A DNA stretch of 64,000 nt from an uncultured Nitrosomonas sp. (GCA_902826055.1 CADEDJ010000006.1:2882-66881), one strand, 5' to 3'. Counted from the stretch's first letter, positions 30,183 to 40,738 are shown. A program made the numbers and translations. Notes: generated from the letters alone by a model not told the origin.

Positions 30183-33100
30183 CTAACAACGCTTTGGGCT
30201 AATCTTTAAATTAGAAAACTCTTTCAAAATTACAAAACATACCGGCACCAAGATTAAGGTAACTAAGGTAGCAAACAAAACCCCAAACGCCAAGGTTGCA
30301 ACCATCGGTAAAATTTTCTCGGCATGAGGACTTTGCTCACACATCAGTGGCAATAATCCAAAAAAAGTGGTTGCCGTAGTTAAAAATATTGCACGAAAAC
30401 GTGCTTTGCCAGCAGAAATCACAGATCTGAGCATTGTCTCATTCTTGCAGCATTGTTCATTAATTTTGGCAATCAAAATCAAACTATCATTCACCACGAT
30501 CCCCCCGACCGCAAACAAAGCAACATAGGATTCCAACGAAAGTGGAATCTTCAGCAACAAATGCCCCAAAACAGCACCGATAAAACCAAAAGGTATGGCC
30601 AACATAATCAGCAACGGCTGCCCATAAGAGCGAAGCGGTATTGCGAGTAGCGCGTAAATCCCAATGATTGCCAGTACACCATAACCCCATAACACCGATC
30701 TCGTTTCTTCTTGCTTTTGCCTCGACTGCCCAGGCTCGATTCTTAATCCTGGGAATTGTGTTTCCAGTTCCGGTATTACGTGCGCACGCAAATCGGATAA
30801 GACGGTTTCGACACTTACTTTTTCCTTGAATACTTCCGCACTGATTAACTGAATGCGCTCTCTATTCTGTCGTGTAATACTTGCAAACCCGGGTGTCAAT
30901 TCGACCTCTGCAACAGTAGCAAAAGGAACTATTGCACCGTTGGGCAATACAATCGGCATAGCATGCAAACTATCCAATGAGCGTCGCTGTTTTGGAGGAA
31001 ATCGAAGGATCACCCTGATTTCATCTCGATCCTGATAAAACCGTTGCACTTGCAATCCAAAAAAACCATTACGCACTTGCTCACCAAGACTCTGCGAGGT
31101 TAAACCATGCATTTCTGCTTCAGGTTTGAGCTTGAGGTGCATTTCCGGTTTGCCGATCTGCATCGTGCCGGTAACGCTGTGCACGCCTATATACGAAGAC
31201 AGTTTGGCTTTAAATATTTCTCCGGCAGCACTTTGCATTGCGGTATCCGGCGCGATCAATTTAAATTCTATGGCTTTTGCCGTCTGCGTAGCGGGCATGC
31301 CAAGATTTCGTGGCCAGAATGTTTGAAAAGACAATGTCGCACCCGCCGGAACTTCACCAAAGCGTTCCTGCCAAATCCTCTTAAGCTCATCCATGCGTGA
31401 GCGTACACGTTCATCAATGGCTATCTCAATGTCTACCATGCCTACATTCTCATCCAGTATTGAGATGATATGTTGAAAACTACTGCCCGATTGATGTTCT
31501 GAAACTCGAATGCCAAGTTCTGCATCGAGTTCTACCCGCATTTGTTTGGCAATCTCTTCCAAACGCCTCACTTGATGATCCACCCAATCAAACGGAGTAC
31601 CTGGTGGATATTCAATCTGTGCCAGCAGATAATACTCGTTCACTTCGGCATCCATAACACTCGGAACTCGTCCAGACAATACCAACGAAATCACAATACA
31701 CAATGCGGCGAGAAATCCTGCCAGGGTGATGTATCGTAAACGCAATAACTTTATTAGTGCTGGGATATACACATGCCGAATAAACCAGTGCAGGCCAGCA
31801 TCAACACGTACCTGAATGTCATCGATTATTTGAGAGCATGCATTGCGTTTTTTAGCTGGGGAAAAATGGATGGCAAGATGAGATGGCAATATTAATAATG
31901 CTTCTATCATCGAGAACGCTAGCGTCATAATAATTACGATAGAAACGGTATACATGAGATAACCGCTCAATCCTGGCAAAAAAAGTCCGGGAATGAAAGC
32001 AATTATCGTGGACAACACCATGATTACAACCAGCGGTGTGACTTCTTGCGTTCCAAGAATGGCACTCGTCAGGCCAGTATATCCACGTTGCTGATAGGTA
32101 TAAATATTTTCACCTACTACGATGGCATCATCGGCTAAAACACCCAGAATCAGAATAAGCGCAGAAATTGAATAGGTATTCAACGAAATTCCCAACATCG
32201 GCATCATCCAAAGCGCACCGAGCAAGGAGACAACAATTCCTGCACTTACCCACACCGCCAAATGAAATCGCAATGTAAACAACAAAATCAGAAATACCAG
32301 CATAAACCCCGATAGGGCATCTTCGGCTAGCATAGCCATGTATTGCTCATAATATTTTGACCAATCATCCCAGGTTGTAATTTCGACACCTTGCGGCAAA
32401 TGAGGGCGAAATTCTGCGATAACGGTATTGACCGCATCTACGGTTGTTTTAATCTGGTCTTTGGGCATGACGATAATTTCTACCGCAGGCTTATCATCCA
32501 CCCTGACGAGCATATCTTTCTCGGCCACTGTTTCCCGAACGTGAGCAATATCGCCGAGCAACAAACGCCCCCCTTGATATCCAGGCCGCAAATCAATTGC
32601 AGCAAAATCGGATGCATTCATTGCTTGACTCTTACTTCTGAGCAAAATCTTGCCATCCGTTTTTTTTATTTCTCCCGCTGGAATATTTTGCGATGCGGCG
32701 TTGATGATACGGGATAATTCTTCAAAATTAAGTCCGTATTTATGCACTTCGGCTTCTGAGATTTCAATCGAAATTTCACGAGGATACTGCGGCCAAGCGG
32801 TAAGTGCGCCGATATCCGGATGCCTGCTCAACAACGCCTTTAATTGATCACGCTGCTGCTGCAGAACAAGCAAATCAACTTCCCCTCGCACGACGACAAG
32901 AACTGCTGGCGAACCCGTCTTCAGTTCTTGAATAAGCAATTTCTCGACTTCCTTGGGCAGCGTTTTTATAGTGTCTATTTTTGCTTTGACTTCAGATTGA
33001 AAGCGCACTGCACCAATTGCTGGATCAAACTCCACAGTAACTTCACACTGCGCCTGATTCGCTACTGAATTAATATTTTTGATACCATTTAGCTCATGAA

Positions 33101-33311
33101 TGGCTTCCTCAATCGGAATGCACACCGCATGTTCTACTTCACTCGGCCCCGCACCGGGATAAGCAGCGGTAATTTGGATTTGATCCTGAGGCTGTGGAGG
33201 AATGGTATATCGTTTGGATTGAAAAAAACCTAATATTCCGCCTGCAACAATAACCAGCATCAAAAAATTGGCTGCGATGGGGTTTTTGGCAAACCAGGTA
33301 ACCAGTTTCAT
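30183..33311 (-). CDS. RND efflux permease (AcrB/AcrD/AcrF family)
   Basis: 1042 aa; NPIAANFLM start, GVLADDAIVVGENI, GIVVNDSLIL, RFRAIFLTTATTFFGLLPL. Confidence 0.95.
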   Translation of the reverse strand: MKLVTWFAKNPIAANFLMLVIVAGGILGFFQSKRYTIPPQPQDQIQITAAYPGAGPSEVEHAVCIPIEEAIHELNGIKNINSVANQAQCEVTVEFDPAIGAVRFQSEVKAKIDTIKTLPKEVEKLLIQELKTGSPAVLVVVRGEVDLLVLQQQRDQLKALLSRHPDIGALTAWPQYPREISIEISEAEVHKYGLNFEELSRIINAASQNIPAGEIKKTDGKILLRSKSQAMNASDFAAIDLRPGYQGGRLLLGDIAHVRETVAEKDMLVRVDDKPAVEIIVMPKDQIKTTVDAVNTVIAEFRPHLPQGVEITTWDDWSKYYEQYMAMLAEDALSGFMLVFLILLFTLRFHLAVWVSAGIVVSLLGALWMMPMLGISLNTYSISALILILGVLADDAIVVGENIYTYQQRGYTGLTSAILGTQEVTPLVVIMVLSTIIAFIPGLFLPGLSGYLMYTVSIVIIMTLAFSMIEALLILPSHLAIHFSPAKKRNACSQIIDDIQVRVDAGLHWFIRHVYIPALIKLLRLRYITLAGFLAALCIVISLVLSGRVPSVMDAEVNEYYLLAQIEYPPGTPFDWVDHQVRRLEEIAKQMRVELDAELGIRVSEHQSGSSFQHIISILDENVGMVDIEIAIDERVRSRMDELKRIWQERFGEVPAGATLSFQTFWPRNLGMPATQTAKAIEFKLIAPDTAMQSAAGEIFKAKLSSYIGVHSVTGTMQIGKPEMHLKLKPEAEMHGLTSQSLGEQVRNGFFGLQVQRFYQDRDEIRVILRFPPKQRRSLDSLHAMPIVLPNGAIVPFATVAEVELTPGFASITRQNRERIQLISAEVFKEKVSVETVLSDLRAHVIPELETQFPGLRIEPGQSRQKQEETRSVLWGYGVLAIIGIYALLAIPLRSYGQPLLIMLAIPFGFIGAVLGHLLLKIPLSLESYVALFAVGGIVVNDSLILIAKINEQCCKNETMLRSVISAGKARFRAIFLTTATTFFGLLPLMCEQSPHAEKILPMVATLAFGVLFATLVTLILVPVCFVILKEFSNLKISPKRC

Positions 33312-34501
33312 GGCATGTGTTCGGTGGCCATGACTTCCATGCCTTCAACGGGATGATGAAGCCCCGAGATCAGCACCCGCTCGCCTTGTTCCAGCCCGGC
33401 ATGAATAACGATCCGTTCCCGCTCGCGTCTGAGTATCGTTACACTACGAAATCGTAATCGGTTCGCCGTGTCGATGACAACCACTTGATTGTCTTGATAC
33501 ATTGCACTCACTGGAATCACTGTCACATTCTCAAACCAGCGGCCTTCGATGACCGCTTCCACGAATAAGCCTATGGGTAAACTGACGCCGACCGGTTCTT
33601 GTCTGGCTGATAATGCCTTGCTTATTTCCAATCCGAAAGGATCGGCTACTTGCGCGATCACGACCACCATCCCGGTATCCGCGTCAACGACGCCTTCACT
33701 GCGTACCAGTTTGCCTGACCAGATGCGGTTTTGCCCTTGATAAGGGGCCGTTAATGTAACCGGTGTGTGCTGAGCGGATTGTTTCTTATGAGGCAAATCA
33801 GGAACAGCTATCAAAGCCAGGTCGTGCGTGCTTATAGGCAGACGCACTTCGGCTATGTCGCTGCTATAAATTCTTCCGAGTATGGTGCCATCATCAATGT
33901 ATTGCCCCATTCCAACTGCTTTGCTGCGCACCCGGCCATTGAATGGTGCGCGTATGTCCGTGCGTTGCCGCAACAGCCGGGCGTTTTTCAATTCTTCTTG
34001 TTCAGCGGCAAGCTTTGCTTTCTTTTCTTTAAGTTGCGGTATTCTTAAACTGAGTGGGTTCGGGTCGCCTTGTCCCAGTTGCTGCCACTCATCGCGCGCT
34101 TGCTCGGCTTCGGCTTCTTCTCGGGTCAATTGGTATTGCGCTTCCATCACTCTGGCTTGTGCCTGAGCTACCCGCAAGTCATATTCCGCCGGATCGATGG
34201 AAACGAGCAAGTCGCCTTTTTTGAAATAGCCGCCACTGACAAATGCTGGCGAGATTTTGATAATATTTCCCGAAACACCGGTTACCAGGTCAATTTCAGT
34301 TTGCGCCATGACGCGCCCTTGCGAACGGACATCCAAACGTAATCTCTCAGGTTGCGCTGTGATAAATCGTACCAGCGGCGGTTTGGCTACTTCGTCGTGC
34401 TGATCGGTTTGCGGCGGCGAGTGCATGATAAAAAACGCCAGCACGCTTCCAATGATGGCGATCAACCCTGCCACGGTGAGTTGGTGGCGTATGCGCATCA
34501 T
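33308..34501 (-). CDS. RND membrane fusion (periplasmic adaptor) subunit
   Basis: N-terminal TM, lipoyl-like hairpin, IRAPFNGRV; ATGA overlap with permease. Confidence 0.93.
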   Translation of the reverse strand: MMRIRHQLTVAGLIAIIGSVLAFFIMHSPPQTDQHDEVAKPPLVRFITAQPERLRLDVRSQGRVMAQTEIDLVTGVSGNIIKISPAFVSGGYFKKGDLLVSIDPAEYDLRVAQAQARVMEAQYQLTREEAEAEQARDEWQQLGQGDPNPLSLRIPQLKEKKAKLAAEQEELKNARLLRQRTDIRAPFNGRVRSKAVGMGQYIDDGTILGRIYSSDIAEVRLPISTHDLALIAVPDLPHKKQSAQHTPVTLTAPYQGQNRIWSGKLVRSEGVVDADTGMVVVIAQVADPFGLEISKALSARQEPVGVSLPIGLFVEAVIEGRWFENVTVIPVSAMYQDNQVVVIDTANRLRFRSVTILRRERERIVIHAGLEQGERVLISGLHHPVEGMEVMATEHMP

Positions 34502-34545
34502 TCGCTGGCGACGGGATCGCGGCGGTTAATCACGCTAGCGGCCCT

Positions 34546-35931
34546 TTACACATGACCACCCAACGCCAGGTAAAGGTTGATGCGGTTGCTCAGTAACTGC
34601 CGGGTAACCGACAAATGCGCACTTTGCGCATCGAGCGTACTGCGGTAGCTGTCCAGCAATGTAAGGATTTGAATCAAGCCATTGCGGTAAGAATACACTG
34701 CCAATTTCTGGCTCGATTCGGTTTGTTCCACCGCTTTCCTTAGCGCCGTTTCTTGCTCGCGCAGCCATTCTTCCGCTGCCAGCGCCTGCTCTACTTCGCG
34801 AAAAGCGTTGAGCGCCGTATTTTTATACACATTCAACGCTTCATCCGCGCGCGCTTGATTGCGGAAAATTTCACCTTCAATGCGACCGGCCGTAAACAAT
34901 GGCTGCATCAATCCGGCAAATACGTTCCATGCCGCCGAGCGGGGGTCGACCAAGTCGGTCAAGTCAGCGCTTCGGGTGCCCCCAGCCGCTGTCAGCGTGA
35001 TGCGCGGCAAACGCAATTTTTTAGCGCTGGTGGTACGAAAATCCCATGCTTGCAGGCGATTAAACGCAGCAATCAAGTCCGGCCGGCGCTCCAATAACTC
35101 AGCCGGCACGCCGGCAGTCATGATTCCAGGTAGAGCTGGTAACGTAGCGGTTTCAAATTCGCCACCTTGCGGATAGCGCCCCAGTAAAATTTCCAAACGC
35201 CGTGCGGTACTTTGAATACGGTTGTGTACTTGCTTCAGCTCTGCTTGCGCATTGGCCAGATCGGTCAATGCCAGGCGCAAATCCAATCCCCGCACCAGGC
35301 CCCGCTGAAACCGGCCGCGCACCAGATTGGCCACAGTGGTGCGATCCTTGATCGATTGCTCGACCACGCCCGCTAACAGTTTGGCTTCCACCCATTCAAA
35401 ATAGCTTTGCGCTACCCGCGCTGCCAAGGATAACCGTGCACCGTAATAATCGGCTTGCGTGGCATCGGCTTCCCATATCGCCGCTTGCTGGAAATCGCGT
35501 ATCCGGCCCCATACATCGATTTCCCAACTCACACCGAATAACGCTTCGAATACGCCAAATCGCGATGAGCCAAAGCCTGCTTCGCGAATTTGCACTTGTT
35601 GATGATCCGCGCTAAAAAATAGTTGCGGCCAGCGTCCAGAGCCGTCAATACGCGCCTGCGCAACCGCAGCATCCACCCTTGCCGCAGCCGCCTTCAATTC
35701 ATAATTGTTGGCCAAGGCCGCTTCAACCAAAGCCCGCAAGCGCCAGTCCCCGAATTCCTCCACCCACTGCTGCGGTATCGATTGCAACGATGACTGAGTT
35801 TCACCCCAATGATCCGGAACCACCGCGCCTACCTCTTGCACGTCGCGCTGCGGTGGCGTCATGCAACCACCGATGTTTAACAAAACAACAGAAAATACTA
35901 CACGGATCGCGATACTAACTATCGCATTCAT
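34546..35931 (-). CDS. RND outer-membrane factor lipoprotein (NodT/OprM family)
   Basis: Lipobox-like IGGC; ALANNYELK, WEIDVWGRIR, PAELLERRPDL, LYLALGG. Confidence 0.93.
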   Translation of the reverse strand: MNAIVSIAIRVVFSVVLLNIGGCMTPPQRDVQEVGAVVPDHWGETQSSLQSIPQQWVEEFGDWRLRALVEAALANNYELKAAAARVDAAVAQARIDGSGRWPQLFFSADHQQVQIREAGFGSSRFGVFEALFGVSWEIDVWGRIRDFQQAAIWEADATQADYYGARLSLAARVAQSYFEWVEAKLLAGVVEQSIKDRTTVANLVRGRFQRGLVRGLDLRLALTDLANAQAELKQVHNRIQSTARRLEILLGRYPQGGEFETATLPALPGIMTAGVPAELLERRPDLIAAFNRLQAWDFRTTSAKKLRLPRITLTAAGGTRSADLTDLVDPRSAAWNVFAGLMQPLFTAGRIEGEIFRNQARADEALNVYKNTALNAFREVEQALAAEEWLREQETALRKAVEQTESSQKLAVYSYRNGLIQILTLLDSYRSTLDAQSAHLSVTRQLLSNRINLYLALGGHV

Positions 35932-36248
35932 TGCTCAACAATTTTATTAAAATAAAGGAAGGTATTCATTCTAGTGGTAATACCTATTGGAGACCGTGCA
36001 GCATTCAGTCGCAACAAATCGGCTATTGATATAATTTTTAAAGAGAATTCACTTGTTATCCATCATCAAGAAATTTTCTCGCTTTATATACCCGAAAGAC
36101 CAAGCGGTGCATTGCATCGCCTGGAAAAAAATAGTCCACCCCTACAGCAGCTTATTGAAAATTAGCCTTTTTCAATAAATGGTGTCCAGTTGTATTCAGT
36201 AATTCGATCATTACAGCTTGACATGACTGCCAATTTTCAACTGTTGCT

Positions 36249-38483
36249 TTAACCACCGAAAATACCGCCGAATATGACATAGCCAACGCCGGTATTAGGG
36301 ATAACGCCATCACCAAAGGGCGCGCCAATGATCAGATCATCAAAGCCATCGTTATTGATATCACCCGCACTACTGACAGATTTACCAAACGAATCGCCCG
36401 CTGCCAATCCATCTAGCACAAAACCCTCACTACTACTTAAGGTTCCTAAGTTTATTGATGCGCCAAATCCCGAAGATTTACCAAATATCAAATAACTGGC
36501 TCCCGAATCTTCACCATTCGAATCAGCGCCAAAAGCCCCAACAATCAGGTCACTAAAACCATCACCGTTAAAATCTCCAGCAGTGCTGACCGACCTGCCG
36601 GATTTGTTACCAGCCGCCACTCCCTCCAGACGAAAGCCATTATTACCATCTAAGTCAGATAGCTTGACGCTAGCATCAAATCCGGACGCCTTACCAAAAA
36701 CCACATAAGCCGCACCAGATTCTTCTCCGTTGATATCAGCCACTCTGGCGCCAATAATCACATCATCAAAGCCGTCACCATTGACATCACCAGCGTTATC
36801 CACTGAATACCCTGCTTGATCTCCTACAACTTCTCCATCAATACTGAATCCAGTGATTCCATCCAAATTGGATAAATCCACTATGGCATCAAAACCTGAG
36901 GCTTTACCAAATAACACATAAGTTGTACCGCCACTGCCGGCATAGTAAGAACCGCCGATTAAATCATCGAACCCGTCACCATTAATATCGCCGGCACTCA
37001 CACCATTCCCCAAATAGGAATTTTCTAATGCCCCATCCATTCTGAAACCATTACTTCCATCCAGACTGGATAAATCCAAATTTGCATCGAACTCCGTTGT
37101 TTTACCAAAAACCACATAGCTGCTGCCTGTATTATCACCATTCGGTGTATTTTTATAGGGCACGCCGATAATCAGATCATCAACTTTGTCGCCATTCACA
37201 TCACCAGCACTGCTGACAGACCATCCCAAGAGCAGGTCATCCTCAGCCACATTCATACGAAAGCCATTGCTGCCATTCAGCGTCGATAAATCCAGCGTAG
37301 CACTGAAACCTGAAGCTTTTCCGAACACCACATAAGTATAACCAGTGTCTTGTTGCGGCACATCGGACAGTGCAGCGCTGAGAATGAGATCATCAAAACC
37401 ATCGCCATTGATATCGCCTGCACTACCCACTGCCTGACCGGCACCATCTCCGCCTGCCACCCCGTTAATACGGAAACCGTTGCTGCCATCCAGACTGGAT
37501 AAGGGCAATGTCGCACTAAAACCGGATGACTTTCCAAATACCACAAAACCGGAGCCTGTATAGAAATCATCAAAATTATGCGGTGCACCAATGATCAGGT
37601 CATCAAACCCATCACCGTTGATATCACCAGCACTACCGACCGATTCACCGGTATCGTCGCTTCTCGCTGCGCCATCTAATCGAAAACCATTAACACCGTT
37701 AAGCTCAGCCAAATTGATCGAACCGCCGGAATTATTCAAAAGCTTGTCAATCGCAGTCTTAGCTATTGCGACCGAAGCAACATCAGCGGTTACACCAGCA
37801 AGAACTTGCTGAAGGGTAGACAAGCTGGTTGATGATCCTGATTTTTCTACTGAATAATAACGAGATACTTCAATGCGATTATCGAACAAAGTTGATGCAT
37901 TTCCCCACACTGGATCCACATGATCCACACCATCAAGTGCTGCAATCGCCCACACGATCATTTGGCCAAAGGTTTGGCCGGCAGCTTGCTGTGCAAGAAT
38001 ATAATCGACCGCGCCGGCTTTGTCATCTGCAGACACTGTGTCTGCAACTAAGTTATCAACTATTCGACTTGCATTGGCCGTGTTGTAAGCTAATGCAGCG
38101 CTCCCCCAATCCGGATCCGATGGGGGAAAAGCGGACAGTACTCCTGTTACTTCTGCAATCACTTCACTCTGGGTGGCTCCCGCAGTCAATCTACTGACAA
38201 TGTATTCCACTGCCAATACCTTATTTTCCGCTGGAATCGGGCCACTGCCAATTAACAAATCTGCTACAAAAGCTTCTGCAAAAGCCTCCGGTGTCAGATC
38301 ATCATCATAATTCTTACCTAAAAACAATTCGCTTGCCGCTAGGGATTGCGCAATCTCTGCTAATGATCGTCCCGCTGTTAATTGATTACCCAATGCTTCT
38401 AGAAAAATTGCACCGGGTGATGCCTTAAACATCGCTTGGGCCAGTTGCATGAGGGAGGTTTGTTGTTGTTCTGTTAGTGCCAT
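36249..38483 (-). CDS. FG-GAP (integrin alpha-like) repeat protein with helical N-terminal domain
   Basis: About 7 repeats of G.SV..AGD(I/V)NGDG(F)DDLIIGA; about 250-aa helical N-terminal region; no Sec signal. Confidence 0.88.
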   Translation of the reverse strand: MALTEQQQTSLMQLAQAMFKASPGAIFLEALGNQLTAGRSLAEIAQSLAASELFLGKNYDDDLTPEAFAEAFVADLLIGSGPIPAENKVLAVEYIVSRLTAGATQSEVIAEVTGVLSAFPPSDPDWGSAALAYNTANASRIVDNLVADTVSADDKAGAVDYILAQQAAGQTFGQMIVWAIAALDGVDHVDPVWGNASTLFDNRIEVSRYYSVEKSGSSTSLSTLQQVLAGVTADVASVAIAKTAIDKLLNNSGGSINLAELNGVNGFRLDGAARSDDTGESVGSAGDINGDGFDDLIIGAPHNFDDFYTGSGFVVFGKSSGFSATLPLSSLDGSNGFRINGVAGGDGAGQAVGSAGDINGDGFDDLILSAALSDVPQQDTGYTYVVFGKASGFSATLDLSTLNGSNGFRMNVAEDDLLLGWSVSSAGDVNGDKVDDLIIGVPYKNTPNGDNTGSSYVVFGKTTEFDANLDLSSLDGSNGFRMDGALENSYLGNGVSAGDINGDGFDDLIGGSYYAGSGGTTYVLFGKASGFDAIVDLSNLDGITGFSIDGEVVGDQAGYSVDNAGDVNGDGFDDVIIGARVADINGEESGAAYVVFGKASGFDASVKLSDLDGNNGFRLEGVAAGNKSGRSVSTAGDFNGDGFSDLIVGAFGADSNGEDSGASYLIFGKSSGFGASINLGTLSSSEGFVLDGLAAGDSFGKSVSSAGDINNDGFDDLIIGAPFGDGVIPNTGVGYVIFGGIFGG

Positions 38484-38523
38484 CGCTAAATATTCCTTAA
38501 ATTCGTGTTAGTTTCTTGAAAAA

Positions 38524-39285
38524 TTAGGGCTGCGGCCACACTTGTGTTCCATTGAACTGGATCGGCATATCGCGGTCAACTTGTGCAGCGGAAGGCCTCA
38601 CAGATACCTGCTGACCAGCACCACAGGATTCGGGTAGCGGATTAGTTTGTAAATCGCGATTAATCGTAAAAAATACTGGAAAATCATACGCGTGAGACCC
38701 AGGCGTTCCATCATATTTCGAACCCACCGCAGGTGTCCAGAAACTCACTGAATTTTCGCCATTGATACCGTCAATACCGGTTATTTTACAAATATCAACC
38801 GCCGCAGCTGCAAATCTTACGGTCTTCGCGCACGACTCCGGATTGATTAGCACTGCGCTGGTAACAAAGGGAATGCGCCCGTATAGATGAGAAGCAATTG
38901 CCCTGCCGCCACCAGCCCAGAATCCCACTACATTACTATTGGCATCCCGTTTCACATCTTGCTCGCTAAAAACCGAGCGATCCTGATACAGTTGAACCAC
39001 ATTCCCCCAATTAGTAACGAAATCAGTCAGCGGGCCAGTATAGGGATTGCCATTGACTACGATTGTCGAATCCACACCATCCGGAAAAACAATGCTGGAA
39101 CCGATTACCGGATTGTCGCCACAGCCGTGCGTAATTACCAGGTAGTTCTCCGATTTTTGGCCTTCAGTCACTTGTGGCGGTTCGATGACGGTATGCGCTT
39201 GTGCATATTGGTGAGTAAAACCTGTCAATATGATCAGCACTAAAATACTTTGAATGATTAAGCGTGGTAACAAAATGGGTTGCAT
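38524..39285 (-). CDS. YcnI/DUF1775-like secreted putative copper-binding protein
   Basis: Signal peptide ending AQA|H; mature N-terminus HTVIEPPQ; THGC motif as in YcnI-type domains. Confidence 0.65.
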   Translation of the reverse strand: MQPILLPRLIIQSILVLIILTGFTHQYAQAHTVIEPPQVTEGQKSENYLVITHGCGDNPVIGSSIVFPDGVDSTIVVNGNPYTGPLTDFVTNWGNVVQLYQDRSVFSEQDVKRDANSNVVGFWAGGGRAIASHLYGRIPFVTSAVLINPESCAKTVRFAAAAVDICKITGIDGINGENSVSFWTPAVGSKYDGTPGSHAYDFPVFFTINRDLQTNPLPESCGAGQQVSVRPSAAQVDRDMPIQFNGTQVWPQP

Positions 39286-39443
39286 AATTATCCTCTTACT
39301 AAGTTATTTTTTTATGGAATTCAGAATAGTGAGATAGAGCTTCGCACTGAAGAATTGAAGGATGAAGCAACGAAACCATGATCCATTCAGGAGATTACTA
39401 CCCGACTAATGACAGGGCATTATCTGAGATCCATTCATTGTCA

Positions 39444-39485
39444 GCAATGTGACAAATTGTCGCACGTGACAATTTGTCACATTGC
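39444..39485. promoter_or_regulatory. 42-bp inverted repeat containing two RegA/RegR-like boxes
   Basis: GCAATGTGACAAATTGTC-gcacgt-GACAATTTGTCACATTGC; boxes GTGAC-N5-GTCGC (39449-39463) and GTGAC-N5-GTCAC (39466-39480). Confidence 0.7.
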
Positions 39486-39659
39486 TTTAATTAATCTTAT
39501 CCATCAGCATATTGCTCGAATCCGACCTTGAGTAACCGAACACCGGGTTGCTTTAATCAGATTCTCAAAAAACTTATGAAAATAAACAACACCTGCCATA
39601 AAGATAAAAGCTTTTTATGAAAGCCTGAACTTTATAAACCTACTATTAAAGAGGTAGCT

Positions 39660-40559
39660 ATGAAAAAAACCCTACAATTACAGATTGTTGCAGGGATTAC
39701 ATTTGCGTTACTGATGTCGAATGCACAATCACATTTGTTTACAAATTTCCCGGTCTATGATCGTGGTGGGCTTTACGAAAAGAGCAAAGAAGCTGACTGG
39801 CCCTACTATCAAGATGGTGCATTTGGTCCGGTCAGGTTCAATGTACAGCATGCTTGTGGGCATACTGAAGGAGCAATGGTTACAACTAAACAGGTGGCTG
39901 TTGTCATACCGACAAGTCCAACTGTCAGACGAATTGATACTACCTTAACTAATCCATGGGATTTTCCAAATTTTGAACCAACTTATCAGGAGCTTGGTCC
40001 TGCTTCTCCCGATGCCAACGGCTATGATTGGGCAATTCAGTGGTTAAAACCCCATAGCCATGCTTCATTCAACAAGGTTTATCCCATCATGGGAAAAACT
40101 TCCACAGGAGAAGATATTCCTCGTGCGCTTGTCTGGGTTGGTGATCATCCCGATAATAATGATGCAGATCTATTAGTTACAATGTCTTTTCCTGAGATTC
40201 CTGCAGCATCATGCGTCAAAGAAGTCCAATTTTTCTTCCCGTCAGCACAATTCTGCAGCACAGTTGGTCAAACTAACTCCGTTTCAGGCTGGTTACTCGG
40301 CACTACAAGTGAATGGTCCAAAGAAATGCTAGGAGAATCACTCGTGCAATGGTCATTGGCTATAAGTATGCTGCGTGATTTGAAAACCAAACCACTGCCC
40401 AGTAACTGTGGAAATGGCGAAACCATCGGAATATACCCGTCACGAGAAGACATCGACCAATACTTGAAACCAGTATCCGTTGACAAAAAAGGACGCAAAG
40501 TTCATCAGAAAAATGTTGATTGGTGGCTCAAGCAACGAGAGAAACAACATGATGATTAG
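39660..40559 (+). CDS. Second YcnI-like secreted protein (divergent paralog)
   Basis: Signal peptide ending AQS|H; QHACG motif then VAVVIP; C-terminal CGNG...PS...D similar to CGAG...PS...D of the paralog. Confidence 0.55.
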   Translation: MKKTLQLQIVAGITFALLMSNAQSHLFTNFPVYDRGGLYEKSKEADWPYYQDGAFGPVRFNVQHACGHTEGAMVTTKQVAVVIPTSPTVRRIDTTLTNPWDFPNFEPTYQELGPASPDANGYDWAIQWLKPHSHASFNKVYPIMGKTSTGEDIPRALVWVGDHPDNNDADLLVTMSFPEIPAASCVKEVQFFFPSAQFCSTVGQTNSVSGWLLGTTSEWSKEMLGESLVQWSLAISMLRDLKTKPLPSNCGNGETIGIYPSREDIDQYLKPVSVDKKGRKVHQKNVDWWLKQREKQHDD

Positions 40560-40738
40560 AAATATTTCAGCAATACATAAAGAATAGATTTAAGGATAAA
40601 CCCGGAATGACCCATCGCTACCCTATAGCTTAATAAGGTTAGCGATGAAGTAAGATGTTTCCATTAACGCATATATAGAGCGGTCACAGTAGGCTATGTA
40701 TTGCAAATACGAACACGCAATAAATCGAGGACCTCGCG

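Noticed and set aside
30183-35931. Tripartite pump as type I secretion system for the RTX/FG-GAP proteins
   Set aside because: The inner-membrane component is an RND permease, not an ABC (HlyB-type) transporter
36300-37700. Recurrent about 190-200 bp near-repeats that could suggest a CRISPR or REP array
   Set aside because: They are the coding FG-GAP repeats; there are no identical direct repeats with unique spacers
39290-39440. Long leader of the YcnI-like gene as a possible riboswitch
   Set aside because: No cobalamin, TPP, FMN or SAM core motifs recognisable by eye
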